A stretch of DNA of 64,000 nucleotides from Nitrosopumilus sp. (GCA_965214775.1 OZ243974.1:384001-448000); one strand, 5' to 3'; counted from the stretch's first letter, positions 1 to 10,703 are shown. Numbers and translations: made by a program. The notes: a model not told the origin generated them from the letters alone.

Positions 1-1494
1 GTGATGCCCTTCCTGCTCCATCTTTTGGATGTGCCTGCTCTTGTCTCCAAAGAAGACCATCCCAATCATTCTCGTAGTATAAAACGCAGTAATTATCGCA
101 GTCAGCACCGCGACTGCAAACAGTGGCAGCGCCCATTCGCTTCCCGACGTATGCACCGATGCGAAGATCGCATCCTTGCTCCAAAAGCCCGTGGTGATAA
201 ATGGCGCCCCCATCAGGCCAAGGCCTGCAGCCCACATGAATGCGTAGGTCTTCCTCATCTGCTTTCTCAGGCCTCCCATGTCGGTCATAAACCTAGAGCC
301 GACAACATGCAGCAGCGAGCCTGCTGCCATGAACAGCGAGGCCTTGAACATTGCGTGGGAGATCAGGTGGAAGAATCCCGCAGTATAGCCGTCAACGTAC
401 TGGTGGGACAGTCCTGCAACGCCTAGTGCCATCATCATGTAGCCAATCTGGGAGCCGGTAGAATAGGCAAGGACCTTCTTGATTTCCGGATTTACCATCC
501 CCTGCGTTGCAAGCAACAGGGCAGTTATGGCGCCAACCCATGCGACAATCTCAAAGAACTGGTTTGCCATGATTCCGGCAGCCCCCAATGCAAAGACGAT
601 GGGGCCGATTCTTGCAACCAGGAATACGCCTGCCTTGACCATTGTGGCAGCATGGATAAGGGCAGAGACTGCAGTCGGGCCGGTCATGGCCTCCAGGAGC
701 CACTCGTTGAGCGGGAACTGCGCTGATTTGCCCACAGCGCCGCCAAACAGCAGTACAAACGCAGGAACAAGCATGCCTTCTGCATTCATTGCTATTGCCC
801 ATTCGGTTCCTCCCATGAGTTCCTTGAAGCCAAATGTTCCGGCATACAGGAATATCAAGAGCATGCCTGCAATCATCATCACGTCGCCGACCTTGGTCAT
901 GATGAAGGCCTTCATGCCTGCATGTGTCGGCGCATAGTAGTCCAGCAGGCCAAGCGCAGTGCGTCCCTCCTGTCCTACATGATCCCTCTTTTTGTCACGG
1001 TACCAAAAGCTGATCAGCATGTACGATGCAAGACCGACGCCCTCCCAGCCAAAGAAGACCTGCAGCAGGTTGTCAGACAGTACGATCAACTGCATCGAAC
1101 CAATAAAGAACATCATCCAGAACCAGAATCTCATAATGTCCCTGTCGCCTTTCATGTAGCCGGTGCTGTAAATCATGATGAGAAACGAGATCCAGCCGAC
1201 TACATTTGCCATGATTACTGACAGCGGGTCGGCCAGTACGCCGCCCTTTAGCCCGATTGCCTCAATCCACATAATCTGTTTGTGAATCTCAGAGCCCTCG
1301 ACTGCAATCGGCAGCAACGATGCGGCAGATAACGCGCTCATTAATGCAAATCCGACTGCAACGTATCCCGTTGCCTGCCTGGACAGTCTTCCAACGCCCG
1401 GCATGATCATCGCGGCTGCAAACGGCAGAATCCAGACCAGCCATGCCGCAGCTGACGTTGCTTCAAACGGTAATCCGACAGATTCAGTTGCCAT
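1..1494 (-). CDS. nuoL: NADH-quinone oxidoreductase subunit L (5' part; runs off window)
   Basis: Manual translation from ATG at 1494: MATESVGLPFEATSAAAWLVWILP..., later GKSAQFPLNEWLLEAMTGPTAVSALIHAATMVKAG (NuoL motif); follows nuoM. Confidence 0.95.
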   Translation of the reverse strand, partial: MATESVGLPFEATSAAAWLVWILPFAAAMIMPGVGRLSRQATGYVAVGFALMSALSAASLLPIAVEGSEIHKQIMWIEAIGLKGGVLADPLSVIMANVVGWISFLIMIYSTGYMKGDRDIMRFWFWMMFFIGSMQLIVLSDNLLQVFFGWEGVGLASYMLISFWYRDKKRDHVGQEGRTALGLLDYYAPTHAGMKAFIMTKVGDVMMIAGMLLIFLYAGTFGFKELMGGTEWAIAMNAEGMLVPAFVLLFGGAVGKSAQFPLNEWLLEAMTGPTAVSALIHAATMVKAGVFLVARIGPIVFALGAAGIMANQFFEIVAWVGAITALLLATQGMVNPEIKKVLAYSTGSQIGYMMMALGVAGLSHQYVDGYTAGFFHLISHAMFKASLFMAAGSLLHVVGSRFMTDMGGLRKQMRKTYAFMWAAGLGLMGAPFITTGFWSKDAIFASVHTSGSEWALPLFAVAVLTAIITAFYTTRMIGMVFFGDKSRHIQKMEQEGHH

Positions 1495-1497
1495 AAC

Positions 1498-3101
1498 CTA
1501 CACTCCCAGCACTCCGCTCATGTAGCCCATGATGGTCTTCAGGAAGATGTCAGGATAAATCCCCAGGACAACCGTGAATCCTGCCAACACCATCATCGGT
1601 GCAGTCATGTACCAGCTGCCGCCTTCCCTGAGATTCTCAAGATGCTCGGCGTTTTGCCAAAGAATACGCGCTTTAGCATCCATAGCATGTAGGACATTGT
1701 CAGGGCCGTTGCGACCAGTCCGAGGCCAAATGTCACTGCCCGAAGTGTCGAGCCCTCTGCAACTGCGGTTTCCAATGCCCCGTAAAACAGAATCCATTCG
1801 CCCATAAATCCGCTGGTTGGCGGAATGCCCATTATTGTAAGTGCGCCAATTACCGCACATACGGCGGTGATCGGCATCTTTCCTGCAATGCCGCCAAGCT
1901 TTGAGATGCTTCTGGTGCCGGCTTTGACGATGATTATTCCTGCCATCATGAAGAGTATGCCTTTTCCAAGTCCGTGGGTGATATACATCATCTCGGCTCC
2001 TGCCATGCCCATTACAGACATCGAGCCTATGCCAAACAGCAGGTACCCCATCTGGCTGATGCTAGAATATGCCAAGAGCCGCTTGATGTCGTCTTGCATC
2101 AGGGCCATTGCGCCGCCATAAATCATGGTGACAAGCCCCCAGACATGGAACCAGATCGAGAGTTCTGAAAATGTTGCAGGCAGGAACTCGACAATCAGCC
2201 TAAAGATCCCATAGGCACCGATTCCGATCATTGCCGGTGACAGCAAGGCACTGATCGGGGTGGGGGCCGAGCCGTGAACGTAAGGCAGCCAGATGTGGAA
2301 CATAAAGACTGCAAGCTTGACGCCCAATCCCACTGCAATTGCAATCGCGGAGATCAGCACGACGTCTGGCGGGATCTCAGATTCCCGGATGTCTGCAAAG
2401 TCAAAACTGCCAATAGTCAGGCCTATCATCAGAAAGCCCAGGAGCAAAACGACTGCGCCGGCATGGGTCCAGAACAGGAACATCAGGCCAATCTTTCTTC
2501 TTGGGCCGTCTCCCCACAGTGCAACAAGGAAGAAACCGGGAATCAGCATCACCTCAAAGAAGATGTAAAATTCAATCAGGTTGGTTGCAAGTACCGTGCC
2601 AAGCATTCCCATTGCAAAGACAAGATAAAGTGCAAAGTACAGGCCGGACTTTGCATTCACGTAATTAGAAAGTGCAGGTGACTCAACAACCAGGCTTGTT
2701 CCAGAAGGGGTGGCAGTAGTAGAGATAGTAGCAGAGGAGGAAGCAGAGGAGGCAGAAGCAGTATTCTCTTTTTGTTCCTCCTCAAACTGCTCATGGAACT
2801 TGTGAATCATGTATGGTTTTGAGTACAGAACCAGGATTGTTGACAATACATAGATGATTATTGCAAATGGCGATGCAAGGCCGTCCAGCAGGAATCCAAA
2901 CTCGCCAAACTGCCCGGTCCACGGATAGTGCTCCTCGACTGTTCCAGACAGCGCCGCGTTTATGATGATAACTGTGGCGTAAAGCAGGACTGCAAACGTA
3001 AACCACATTGCCAGGGTAGGTCCTGCCCTGCGTCCCAGAACATAGGCAATCGGAGACAACAGTAAAGGCAAGAAGACTGCCTGCAATAACGCGTATTCCA
3101 T
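1498..3101 (-). CDS. nuoM: NADH-quinone oxidoreductase subunit M, with apparent 1-nt frameshift near 1648
   Basis: ORF 1605..3101 has FHIWLPYVHGSAP and KRLLAYSSISQMG; the natural C-terminus (EHLENLREGGSWYMTAPMMVLAGFTVVLGIYPD...) is in the 1498..1860 frame. Confidence 0.92.
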
Positions 3102-3406
3102 TATCCCTTCAAGCTCCTAAAGTTGGCAATATCGACGTTCTGGTACATGCGATATGCCACGATGATAAGTGACAGTCCGACGCCGACTTCTGCGGCGGCA
3201 ATTGCAATGGAGAACAGTGCCAGGGACTCGCCGGCTGCATGAGACAGGTATCTTCCAAACGCGACGATGTTGAGGTTTGCAGCATTGATGATGATCTCGA
3301 CTGCAAAAAGCATCCTGATGAAGTTGCGTTTTACTGCTAGTCCGTAGATTCCAATGCCCAGCAGTGCCACGGAGACCAGCGTGAAATCAACTAGTTCGTT
3401 GGTCAT
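3101..3406 (-). CDS. nuoK: NADH-quinone oxidoreductase subunit K
   Basis: MTNELVDF...RMLFAVEIIINAAN...AIAAAEVGVGL; operon position. Confidence 0.95.
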   Translation of the reverse strand: MTNELVDFTLVSVALLGIGIYGLAVKRNFIRMLFAVEIIINAANLNIVAFGRYLSHAAGESLALFSIAIAAAEVGVGLSLIIVAYRMYQNVDIANFRSLKG

Positions 3407-3944
3407 TCTCCACATCCTCCTCCTTCTCCTTCTCCTTCTTCTCATCCTCTTCTTCCTCCTCTTCGCGTCTGGCCAGAACCAGGGCCCCCGTAACTGAGCC
3501 TGCCAAAATCAGGGCCATCAGAATTAATGCCGGCCAGTAATAGGTAACAAAACTCATGCCAATGTCCCTAAACTCGGCTGCCGGCTCGTCAGTCGTGATT
3601 GTCTTGATTCCCGAGTCCAGGAAAACTGCACCCAGTGCAACCATGACTACCAGCATAAGCCCGATGCCTGCAAACTTTCTTCTCCTATCCTCAATCTTCT
3701 TGAAGATGAGTTCCCTCTTTACGAGCATCACGGTAAAGAGAATCAGTACTGCAATAGAGCCGACGTATACTGCCAGCTGGAACAGCGCGACAAACGGCGC
3801 GTCTAACAAAAAGAAGAATCCCGCAATACCCCCAAGGGTTCCCATTAATGCAATGGAGCCATAAACCAGGGATCTTAGCTCAAGTGCGGCAATTGCAGAG
3901 CCGATTGTAATTACGGTTAATGCCAAAAATGCCGCATCAGCCAT
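3387..3944 (-). CDS. nuoJ: NADH-quinone oxidoreductase subunit J (acidic/charged C-terminal tail)
   Basis: FQLAVYVGSIAVLILFTVML motif; start MADAAF at 3944. Confidence 0.93.
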   Translation of the reverse strand: MADAAFLALTVITIGSAIAALELRSLVYGSIALMGTLGGIAGFFFLLDAPFVALFQLAVYVGSIAVLILFTVMLVKRELIFKKIEDRRRKFAGIGLMLVVMVALGAVFLDSGIKTITTDEPAAEFRDIGMSFVTYYWPALILMALILAGSVTGALVLARREEEEEEDEKKEKEKEEDVENDQRTS

Positions 3945-4434
3945 GTGTTGCGCCTCTGTCAGTAATTTGGATTTCACTGTCTTGCCGAACGTACGGCTTG
4001 ACTGCAAGCTGTGCAGGAGTGTAAATCAGCCCCTCCTTGCTAAAGGAGGACAGTTCATAGTCATTAGTCATGTAAAGTGCATAAAACGGACATGCATCGA
4101 CACACAGCCCGCAAAAGACGCATTTTCCGTAGTCAATCTGCGGCATGATGGATTTCTTGTTCTGTGTCTGGTTGTCTGGAACCTTGACCATTGCAATGGC
4201 TTCTGCAACGCCCTCGCATGCAATCGAGCACAGCTGGCATCCGGTACAATGATCATGAAACAGCATGTGCCGTCCCTTGATTCCCGCGATTCCCACCCCG
4301 GTGGAGGGATCAAACTGATAGCCGTCCCCGGCAAACTTTAGCTTTTCTTCGGGATAGCGCAGGGTGAATCGCTTGACTGCAATGTGCTTGATTCCGGAGT
4401 TTAGCGCTTTGATGATGCCTGTTGCAGTTCCCAT
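3937..4434 (-). CDS. nuoI: NADH-quinone oxidoreductase subunit I (2x[4Fe-4S])
   Basis: CTGCQLCSIAC and CVFCGLCVDACP motifs. Confidence 0.95.
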   Translation of the reverse strand: MGTATGIIKALNSGIKHIAVKRFTLRYPEEKLKFAGDGYQFDPSTGVGIAGIKGRHMLFHDHCTGCQLCSIACEGVAEAIAMVKVPDNQTQNKKSIMPQIDYGKCVFCGLCVDACPFYALYMTNDYELSSFSKEGLIYTPAQLAVKPYVRQDSEIQITDRGATHG

Positions 4435-5735
4435 TATTGCAAGCCTCCCGGTCCTAGCACTCCGGCGTAAAGCAGGGCCAGAGCAACAAAGATGTTGACG
4501 AATGCAAGCCCGATGAGCTTGGTCCATCCAAGACTCAGCAACATGTCGATTCTGATTCTCGGAAAGACGCCCCTTGGCAGCAGTATGAAGAATATCACCC
4601 CGACAGTCTTGATAACAAACCAGAGGGTTCCATTCAGCATTGCCTGATCAAACAACGGCAGTCCGGGGAACGGTCCGACTTTGACAGGCCCCATCTCGAC
4701 TCCTACAAGAAGCTCCTCGGGGAACGGAGGTACGATCATCGGGCCGTTCCATCCGCCCAGGAACAGCACCACAAACAGGGCTGCAAACGCATAAAGTTTC
4801 AGATAGGTTCCCAGCTGAACCAGGCCGTACATCATTCCCGAGAATTCAGTCAGCCATCCGGCCACGATCTCGCTTTCGGCTTCAGGCAAATCAAACGGAA
4901 TTCTTTCAAGCTCGGCCAGCATCGTAATGAAGAACACGATCGCCCCAACAGGCAGGAATACAATCCACGGGAAGAATGACTGGCTTGCCGAGATTTCTGA
5001 CAGGTTGAGGGTTCCCGTGACTATTACGACTCCCAGCAGCGACAGAATCAACGGAATTTCAAATGAGACCATTTGGAAGAGGGCCCTGATTCCCCCAATG
5101 AAGGGGAACTTGCTGTTTGCAGACCATGCAGAAAGAATGGTGATGATTGGGAAGAATCCAATCACTGCAAAGACGCCAAGCAGTCCCATGTCCACGTCTG
5201 CGACAACCCAGCCGCCAGGCGCCACCGGAATCAGTGCGACAAATGCAGCTGCGGCCCCCACAAACAGGACAGGTGCCGCCCAGAAGATCGGCTTGTCGGC
5301 TTTTGCAGGAATGATTATCTCCTTGGAGATCAGCTTTAGTCCGTCGCCCATCAGCTGTAAGATTCCCTCAATCTTTCCACAGTAAAAGGGGCCGACCCTG
5401 AGTTGTAATTTTGCCAGCATCTTTCTTTCGACAAAGATGGTTCCTGCAGCAAGCAGTGCGGCAAAGCCAAATCCGGGAAAGGCCGCAATTCTGAAAAGGT
5501 CTGTTGCCATCAGGGCATGAATGACCGGAAGAAGCCTGGTCGGGTCTGCCAGCCAGGTAAATGCAAGGAACGGGGTAAGCAGTTCGCCATAGATTACAGG
5601 CATTTCAATGTAGAACAGGGCGATCTGGACTGCCGGAATTCCAACAATTGTCATCAGCAACAGAACCCAGAAGATATTGTCAAGCAGGGACTTGACAAAT
5701 TCGCTTAGTTTGAACTTTGGCGCAATTACCGACAT
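4434..5735 (-). CDS. nuoH: NADH-quinone oxidoreductase subunit H
   Basis: ERKMLAKLQLRVGP, RIPFDLPEAESEIVAG. Confidence 0.96.
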   Translation of the reverse strand: MSVIAPKFKLSEFVKSLLDNIFWVLLLMTIVGIPAVQIALFYIEMPVIYGELLTPFLAFTWLADPTRLLPVIHALMATDLFRIAAFPGFGFAALLAAGTIFVERKMLAKLQLRVGPFYCGKIEGILQLMGDGLKLISKEIIIPAKADKPIFWAAPVLFVGAAAAFVALIPVAPGGWVVADVDMGLLGVFAVIGFFPIITILSAWSANSKFPFIGGIRALFQMVSFEIPLILSLLGVVIVTGTLNLSEISASQSFFPWIVFLPVGAIVFFITMLAELERIPFDLPEAESEIVAGWLTEFSGMMYGLVQLGTYLKLYAFAALFVVLFLGGWNGPMIVPPFPEELLVGVEMGPVKVGPFPGLPLFDQAMLNGTLWFVIKTVGVIFFILLPRGVFPRIRIDMLLSLGWTKLIGLAFVNIFVALALLYAGVLGPGGLQ

Positions 5736-6871
5736 TATCTATCTGCCTCCACCGGCCAGTAATTAAGACTCCAGTAGACGGAGGGCATGTTTCCAAGCTT
5801 TTCGCCTTTTAGCAGATATGGCAGTGCAATCAGGTTTCTAAAGGAACCGACGCTCATCTTTACCCTGTAGGGTTCTGGCTTTCCATCAGATACGATGTAG
5901 CAACCCAGGGAGCCCCTGCCTGATTCTACGCGCTTGTATACAGTCTCTGGGCCCTTGGTTTTTGGATTTGGTTTTAGTTTTTTTCTGACCGAGCCGGACT
6001 TTGGCATCTTTTGTAATGCCTGCCTGATGATGTTGCAGCTTTCCATCATGTCAAGCCACGGAACCCTGGATCTTGCATAAGAGTCGCCTTCCTTCATCAC
6101 ACTGGTATGAACGTCTAGTTCGTCATAGACGTCGTACGGTTCCTTTACGCGAAGATCGTAATCAACGCCGCTTGCCCTCAGGACAGAGCCGGTGGTTCCC
6201 AGTCTGATTGCATCCTGCCTTGACAGAACGCCGGTATCCCTTGTTCTGGAAATCAGAATCGGGTTGTCATAAAATATTGCGGCATATTCTTTGATTCTTT
6301 TTTCAAAGTAGTTTACCTGACGCAAACACACATCCTCAAAGTTGGGAGGAAGATCGTTTCTTACGCCGCCTGGAACAAAATGCGCATGTGTGACTCTTGC
6401 ACCGGTCATTTTTTCCATAAGATCAATCAAGAGCTCGCGATCACCGGCAGGCCACATGAACATCGTAGAGTGTCCCAGGAAGATGCCGTAAATTGCAAGC
6501 CAGTACATCGTATAGATGCAACGGTTAAGCTCCGAGGCAACAACCCGGACATACTTTGCGCGCTCTGGAACCTCAATTCCTAAAATTTCTTCAGCTCCCA
6601 AGACATACGGATAAAGGACGTTGCAAGAGTCGTGAATTACCGGCCTTTCCAAGTGCGGAATGTTTGTGACATAGTTTCTGTATTCTGCCATTTTCTCTTC
6701 TCCGCGATGTACATAGCCGGGATCAGGGTCACATGCGACAATATAGTCGCCGTCAATCTGTACAACAATTCTCATGTGGCCAGAGCCCGGATGCTGCGGT
6801 CCGACGTTGAGAGTCATTATCCTCTCATCTGCTTTTTGGAGTGCTAATCCCGGAGGCAGTTCTGCTGTCAT
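5735..6871 (-). CDS. nuoD: NADH-quinone oxidoreductase subunit D
   Basis: LNVGPQHPGSG, GYVHRGEEKMAE. Confidence 0.96.
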   Translation of the reverse strand: MTAELPPGLALQKADERIMTLNVGPQHPGSGHMRIVVQIDGDYIVACDPDPGYVHRGEEKMAEYRNYVTNIPHLERPVIHDSCNVLYPYVLGAEEILGIEVPERAKYVRVVASELNRCIYTMYWLAIYGIFLGHSTMFMWPAGDRELLIDLMEKMTGARVTHAHFVPGGVRNDLPPNFEDVCLRQVNYFEKRIKEYAAIFYDNPILISRTRDTGVLSRQDAIRLGTTGSVLRASGVDYDLRVKEPYDVYDELDVHTSVMKEGDSYARSRVPWLDMMESCNIIRQALQKMPKSGSVRKKLKPNPKTKGPETVYKRVESGRGSLGCYIVSDGKPEPYRVKMSVGSFRNLIALPYLLKGEKLGNMPSVYWSLNYWPVEADR

Positions 6872-6872
6872 T

Positions 6873-7601
6873 TTATCTTCCCTTTATTGCAAAGTCCTTT
6901 CTAAGCGGCGGCAGGTCTGCCCAGTCCTCAGGCAGGAGCAAGCGTCTGTTGTCTGGATGGCCCTCAAAGTAAACTCCCAACATTTCAAAGACCTCCCTTT
7001 CGCCAAACTCAACACTGTAAAAGACGTCTCTAAGGCTCGGTAGTTTTGTGGAATCCTTTCCCGGGATTGGATCTTCCTCTCTTGGGGCCCTTGTTGCCAA
7101 GACAAGAATCTGTCTTGCCAACGAGGAATCGGTGTAGGAGCCAATATGATAAACAACCTCGATTTCGTTATCGGCAGGAAAATCTACGCCCGTGACAGAT
7201 TCGACATGATCATAGTTTAGGCCATCACGGACAAATTCAGCGACTTTATGGACGTTTTCTTTACTTGTGTTGATTCTGACCCGGTCTTCTTTAACAAAAC
7301 CGACTTTTACCTTATCTCCAAACTTTTCAACTAGTTTGTCAGATATTCCTTTTTCAAATGCAGGCAATTCAACGGGTTTTTCTTCAGGTTTCTTTGGTGC
7401 GGGTTTTGCCGGGGCCGGTTTTGCATCTGGTGCGGGTTTTGCCGGGGCCGGTTTTGCATCTGGTGCGGGTTTTGCATCTGGTGCGGGTTTTGCATCTGGT
7501 GCGGGTTTTGCATCTGGTGCGGGTTTTGCATCTGGTGCGGGTTTTGCCGGGGCCGGTTTTGCATCTGGTGCGGGTTTTTCAGAATCACTACTACTCATCA
7601 T
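6873..7601 (-). CDS. nuoC: NADH-quinone oxidoreductase subunit C with Pro/Ala/Lys-rich N-terminal repeats
   Basis: EREVFEMLGVYFEGHPDNRRLLLPEDW...PLRKDF. Confidence 0.95.
   Translation of the reverse strand: MMSSSDSEKPAPDAKPAPAKPAPDAKPAPDAKPAPDAKPAPDAKPAPDAKPAPAKPAPDAKPAPAKPAPKKPEEKPVELPAFEKGISDKLVEKFGDKVKVGFVKEDRVRINTSKENVHKVAEFVRDGLNYDHVESVTGVDFPADNEIEVVYHIGSYTDSSLARQILVLATRAPREEDPIPGKDSTKLPSLRDVFYSVEFGEREVFEMLGVYFEGHPDNRRLLLPEDWADLPPLRKDFAIKGR
7396..7578. repeat. Coding tandem repeat in nuoC (7x PDAKPA, 18 bp; 3x PAKPA, 15 bp)
   Basis: Repeated ggtgcgggttttgcatct units read directly. Confidence 0.95.
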
Positions 7602-8122
7602 ACAAACTTCCTGGCCTTCATTCTCTTGATTTTTTCTTGTAACAACATGCATCCTTGGATGAGAGTCTCAGGTCTGGGCGGGCAACCTGGAACATAGACA
7701 TCGACTGGAATTACCCCGTCAATTCCCGGAAGAACGTTGTAAGAGTCAAAATACAATCCCCCAGTAATTGCACATGCTCCCATGGCAATTACATACTTTG
7801 GTTCTGGCATTTGATCATAAACTAATCTGAGACGCGGTGCCATTTTTCTAGTGATCGTTCCCTGAACAACAATCAGATCACACTGTCTGAGTGATCCAAA
7901 CGCTTCAATGATACCGAATCTTTCAACATCGTATCTCGGACTTGATGCTGCGCCAAATTCAACACTGCAGCAGGCCGTTTCAATGTGCACAGGCCAGAGT
8001 GACCAAATTCTGCCCCAGTTTATGGCGTAGCCCAGCGGTTTGTCGATTGCTTTTTCTAAAATATCGCCCAACTTTCCAACAAAGACATTTGCGTTTTCTG
8101 GCGTAACCAAGTCCTTTAGCAA
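7598..8122 (-). CDS. nuoB: NADH-quinone oxidoreductase subunit B
   Basis: TACCSVE, MGACAITGG, VDVYVPGCPPRPE. Confidence 0.96.
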   Translation of the reverse strand: MLKDLVTPENANVFVGKLGDILEKAIDKPLGYAINWGRIWSLWPVHIETACCSVEFGAASSPRYDVERFGIIEAFGSLRQCDLIVVQGTITRKMAPRLRLVYDQMPEPKYVIAMGACAITGGLYFDSYNVLPGIDGVIPVDVYVPGCPPRPETLIQGCMLLQEKIKRMKARKFV

Positions 8123-8165
8123 TCTTATCCCCTATCCTCCTCGTAAATGTAATTTGTATAAATAA

Positions 8166-8585
8166 CTACCAAATCTTTCGTCTCCCTGATTGATACAATG
8201 CAAATGCCATTGCTCCAAACATTATTGCCAGGAATCCTATCATCGGCAAGGTTGCGACTTTGGGAATTTCCAATATTGCACTTCCCCATGCATAAAGGAA
8301 GATTGCCATTACGTCAAATACTACAAACATCAGAATGTACGGGTAATACTGCATCATAAAATGAGTACGTCCCTCACCACTCGGAACTTGGCCACATTCC
8401 ATCGGCAAAAATTTGACAGGATTGCTTCGTTTACGGGGCGAAACCATTCTAGAAATTATCAGTGCAGGTGCCATAGCTGCGCATGCAAACCCAAACATAA
8501 GTACCACGGTACTGTAACTGCCTGCTAATTCCCCGACCAATTTAGCTTTTGACCCTGATTTTTGTATAAAAAGGTATGCCTCCAA
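8166..8585 (-). CDS. nuoA: NADH-quinone oxidoreductase subunit A (true start probably downstream, about 8540)
   Basis: ECGQVP...YILMFVVFDV; first gene of the operon. Confidence 0.92.
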   Translation of the reverse strand: MEAYLFIQKSGSKAKLVGELAGSYSTVVLMFGFACAAMAPALIISRMVSPRKRSNPVKFLPMECGQVPSGEGRTHFMMQYYPYILMFVVFDVMAIFLYAWGSAILEIPKVATLPMIGFLAIMFGAMAFALYQSGRRKIW

Positions 8586-8712
8586 TTTTCAAGATGCAGA
8601 ATCCCATAATTGATTCCTCCTGACAAAACATTTGCAAAATCGATCTTTTTCAAATGCGTAATTCATAAAACAAACTTTTTGATCCATCTGTCTGTATGTA
8701 TGTCTGCTTGTA

Positions 8713-8862
8713 GTCTGTCCATCCTCTGTCTGTCCATCCTCTGTCTGTCCATCCTCTGTCTGTCCATCCTCTGTCTGTCCATCCTCTGTCTGTCCATCCT
8801 CTGTCTGTCCATCCTCTGTCTGTCCATCCTCTGTCTGTCCATCCTCTGTCTGTCCATCCTCT
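8713..8862. repeat. Perfect tandem array, 10 x 15 bp (GTCTGTCCATCCTCT)
   Basis: Counted directly; set in TGTC/GACA-rich low-complexity flanks. Confidence 0.97.
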
Positions 8863-9717
8863 GTCTGCCTGCCTGCTTGCCTGTCGTCTGCCCGTCTGCC
8901 CACACGTCTTTGCTTTCGTTTGACAATGTGTTTTTCCCTTGGCCTGTTCATCAATACGTGCTATTTGGTTTCTTCTTTGGATGAATTGAAGGCATTCCAC
9001 GCTTGTTCACAATGCTGTACATTGTATTGTGCGGCACGTTGATTTTTTTCCAAACATCCAGTTCTCAAAGCAGCGTAGATGTCTTGTGCAGGTATCTTTG
9101 GTTCCATCAGTAATTGATTTGAGACATGTCTGTTTGTCTGTATGTATTTCTGTATTTCTGTCTGTTTGTCTGTTTTTGCTGTCACTTTCACAAAGTTGGT
9201 TTCCGGGGTATGCCACGCTAGAATTTCAGAAAATTGTCGTACAGAATTGGGCAAATCAGTTCTAATTTCTTTTGCCATTTCAATTTTCTTGCCAATTGAG
9301 GTTGTAAAGGAAACTGCATCTAGAACTGCTTTCAAAGTATTTTTCTTCTTCTTCTTATTCATATGCGGCGCTCATTTGCAAATCGGTTTGGCGTAATGGA
9401 TCGGCCTGTCTTGGCGGCAGTTGTCAGGCACAAAAAAACGCCTGTGCGACAAAATTTGTGCCTGCAGTACGCCAAGGTGGCTTTTTGACTGCTTGTTGCC
9501 GTGTAACTGCAAAAAAGACCTATAGTTCAAATTCTTGGCGGCATTTCTCGCATTTGCCTCTCTCTTCTCCCGGAGGGCCCAAGAGAAACACCTTGCCAAT
9601 CGTGTTACACACAGGGCACCTTCCCGTGGTTGCATTTTTAGGACCGGTGCGTATGATTTTTTGAGTTTTTCTTCGTCCCATCGGCAGAACTTTGCGTTTT
9701 GGCCTATTAAGGTTTAA

Positions 9718-9804
9718 TGGCGCGGGGAGGGGGATTTGAACCCCCGTGTCCTTGCGGACATGGGATTAGCAATCCCACGCCCTACCAGGCTAGGCGATCC
9801 CCGC
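9718..9804 (-). tRNA. tRNA-Ser(GCT), CCA encoded
   Basis: GCGGGGA/TCCCCGC acceptor stem, anticodon arm TGGGA-TTGCTAA-TCCCA, long variable arm GTCC-GCAA-GGAC, GGTTCAAATCC T-arm. Confidence 0.95.
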
Positions 9805-9837
9805 ACAAGGAGGGTCAGAATTAGTCTGTAAATAAAT

Positions 9838-10584
9838 TCAATCGTCGTGAAACCGGCTATAATTCTCAACAATCTCACGCATGGGCAGCCTTTTGCCGCC
9901 TACAATCTTAAGATCTACGTGAACCTTGCCATCAGAAATTGTCAGGATGTTGTAAGTGTTCTCAAACAATCCCCTCGCACGTTCAGAGGTCGCGGTTCCG
10001 GCATTTACTACGTGGAGCTTGCCAAAATTCCATACCCACGGCCTGTGTTTATGGCCGCAAAGGACAACATCCACGTTTGTCCCCAATACTGTTCGCAAGA
10101 CGTCACCTGCATCAACAACTGTCAGTTGATCAGAGCCAGTGTCAGGAATTGCAATCAGATGATGATGCATTGCAACAATCTTTACCTTGTCTTTGTATTT
10201 TCTCATGGTTCTTTCCAGCCAGAGATTTTGTCGATAGCCGACCTCTCCCTCATTCCTGTCAGGTCTTGCAGTTCCAACAGTCACCAAAGCCACATCATCG
10301 CCAAGTTCGTTGATTGCTTCAAACGGGAAGTATCTTTTGAATAACAGGTATCCCGTATTTCTATAATCATGATTTCCGCTAATTGCAATGATTTTTTTTG
10401 TGTTAAACCGGGTCAAAAGTTCCTTGCACCTCTCATATTCCTTCATCAATCCCTCGTTTGTAAGATCACCCGTAATGACAATTACCTCAGGATTCAGATC
10501 ATTGACTTCCCTGACCAGCGTATCAAATTTCTCTTGTAAAAATTGTGAGCCGATGTGTAGATCGGAGATTTGAACTATCTGCAA
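9838..10584 (-). CDS. Calcineurin-like metallophosphoesterase (CpdA-like)
   Basis: SDLH, TGDLT, GNHD, HH, GHKH motifs. Confidence 0.92.
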   Translation of the reverse strand: MQIVQISDLHIGSQFLQEKFDTLVREVNDLNPEVIVITGDLTNEGLMKEYERCKELLTRFNTKKIIAISGNHDYRNTGYLLFKRYFPFEAINELGDDVALVTVGTARPDRNEGEVGYRQNLWLERTMRKYKDKVKIVAMHHHLIAIPDTGSDQLTVVDAGDVLRTVLGTNVDVVLCGHKHRPWVWNFGKLHVVNAGTATSERARGLFENTYNILTISDGKVHVDLKIVGGKRLPMREIVENYSRFHDD

Positions 10585-10703
10585 TGAATTAATTTTATGA
10601 AGCTGGGTATTAAAAACATCCCCATGGAGGAGGAGGAAGTCACGAAGTTTTTGTCGCCCATCAAGGTAGAATTAAATAATAATCGGCTCAAAAACCTCCG
10701 GTT

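Noticed and set aside
1-8585. nuo operon lacks nuoE/F/G and has M before L
   Set aside because: Normal for thaumarchaeal complex I
8713-8862. Possible CRISPR array
   Set aside because: Units are contiguous 15-mers with no spacers, and there are no cas genes in the window
9718-9804. tRNA-Ser as an integration site for the island
   Set aside because: No duplicated 3' end and no integrase seen in the window
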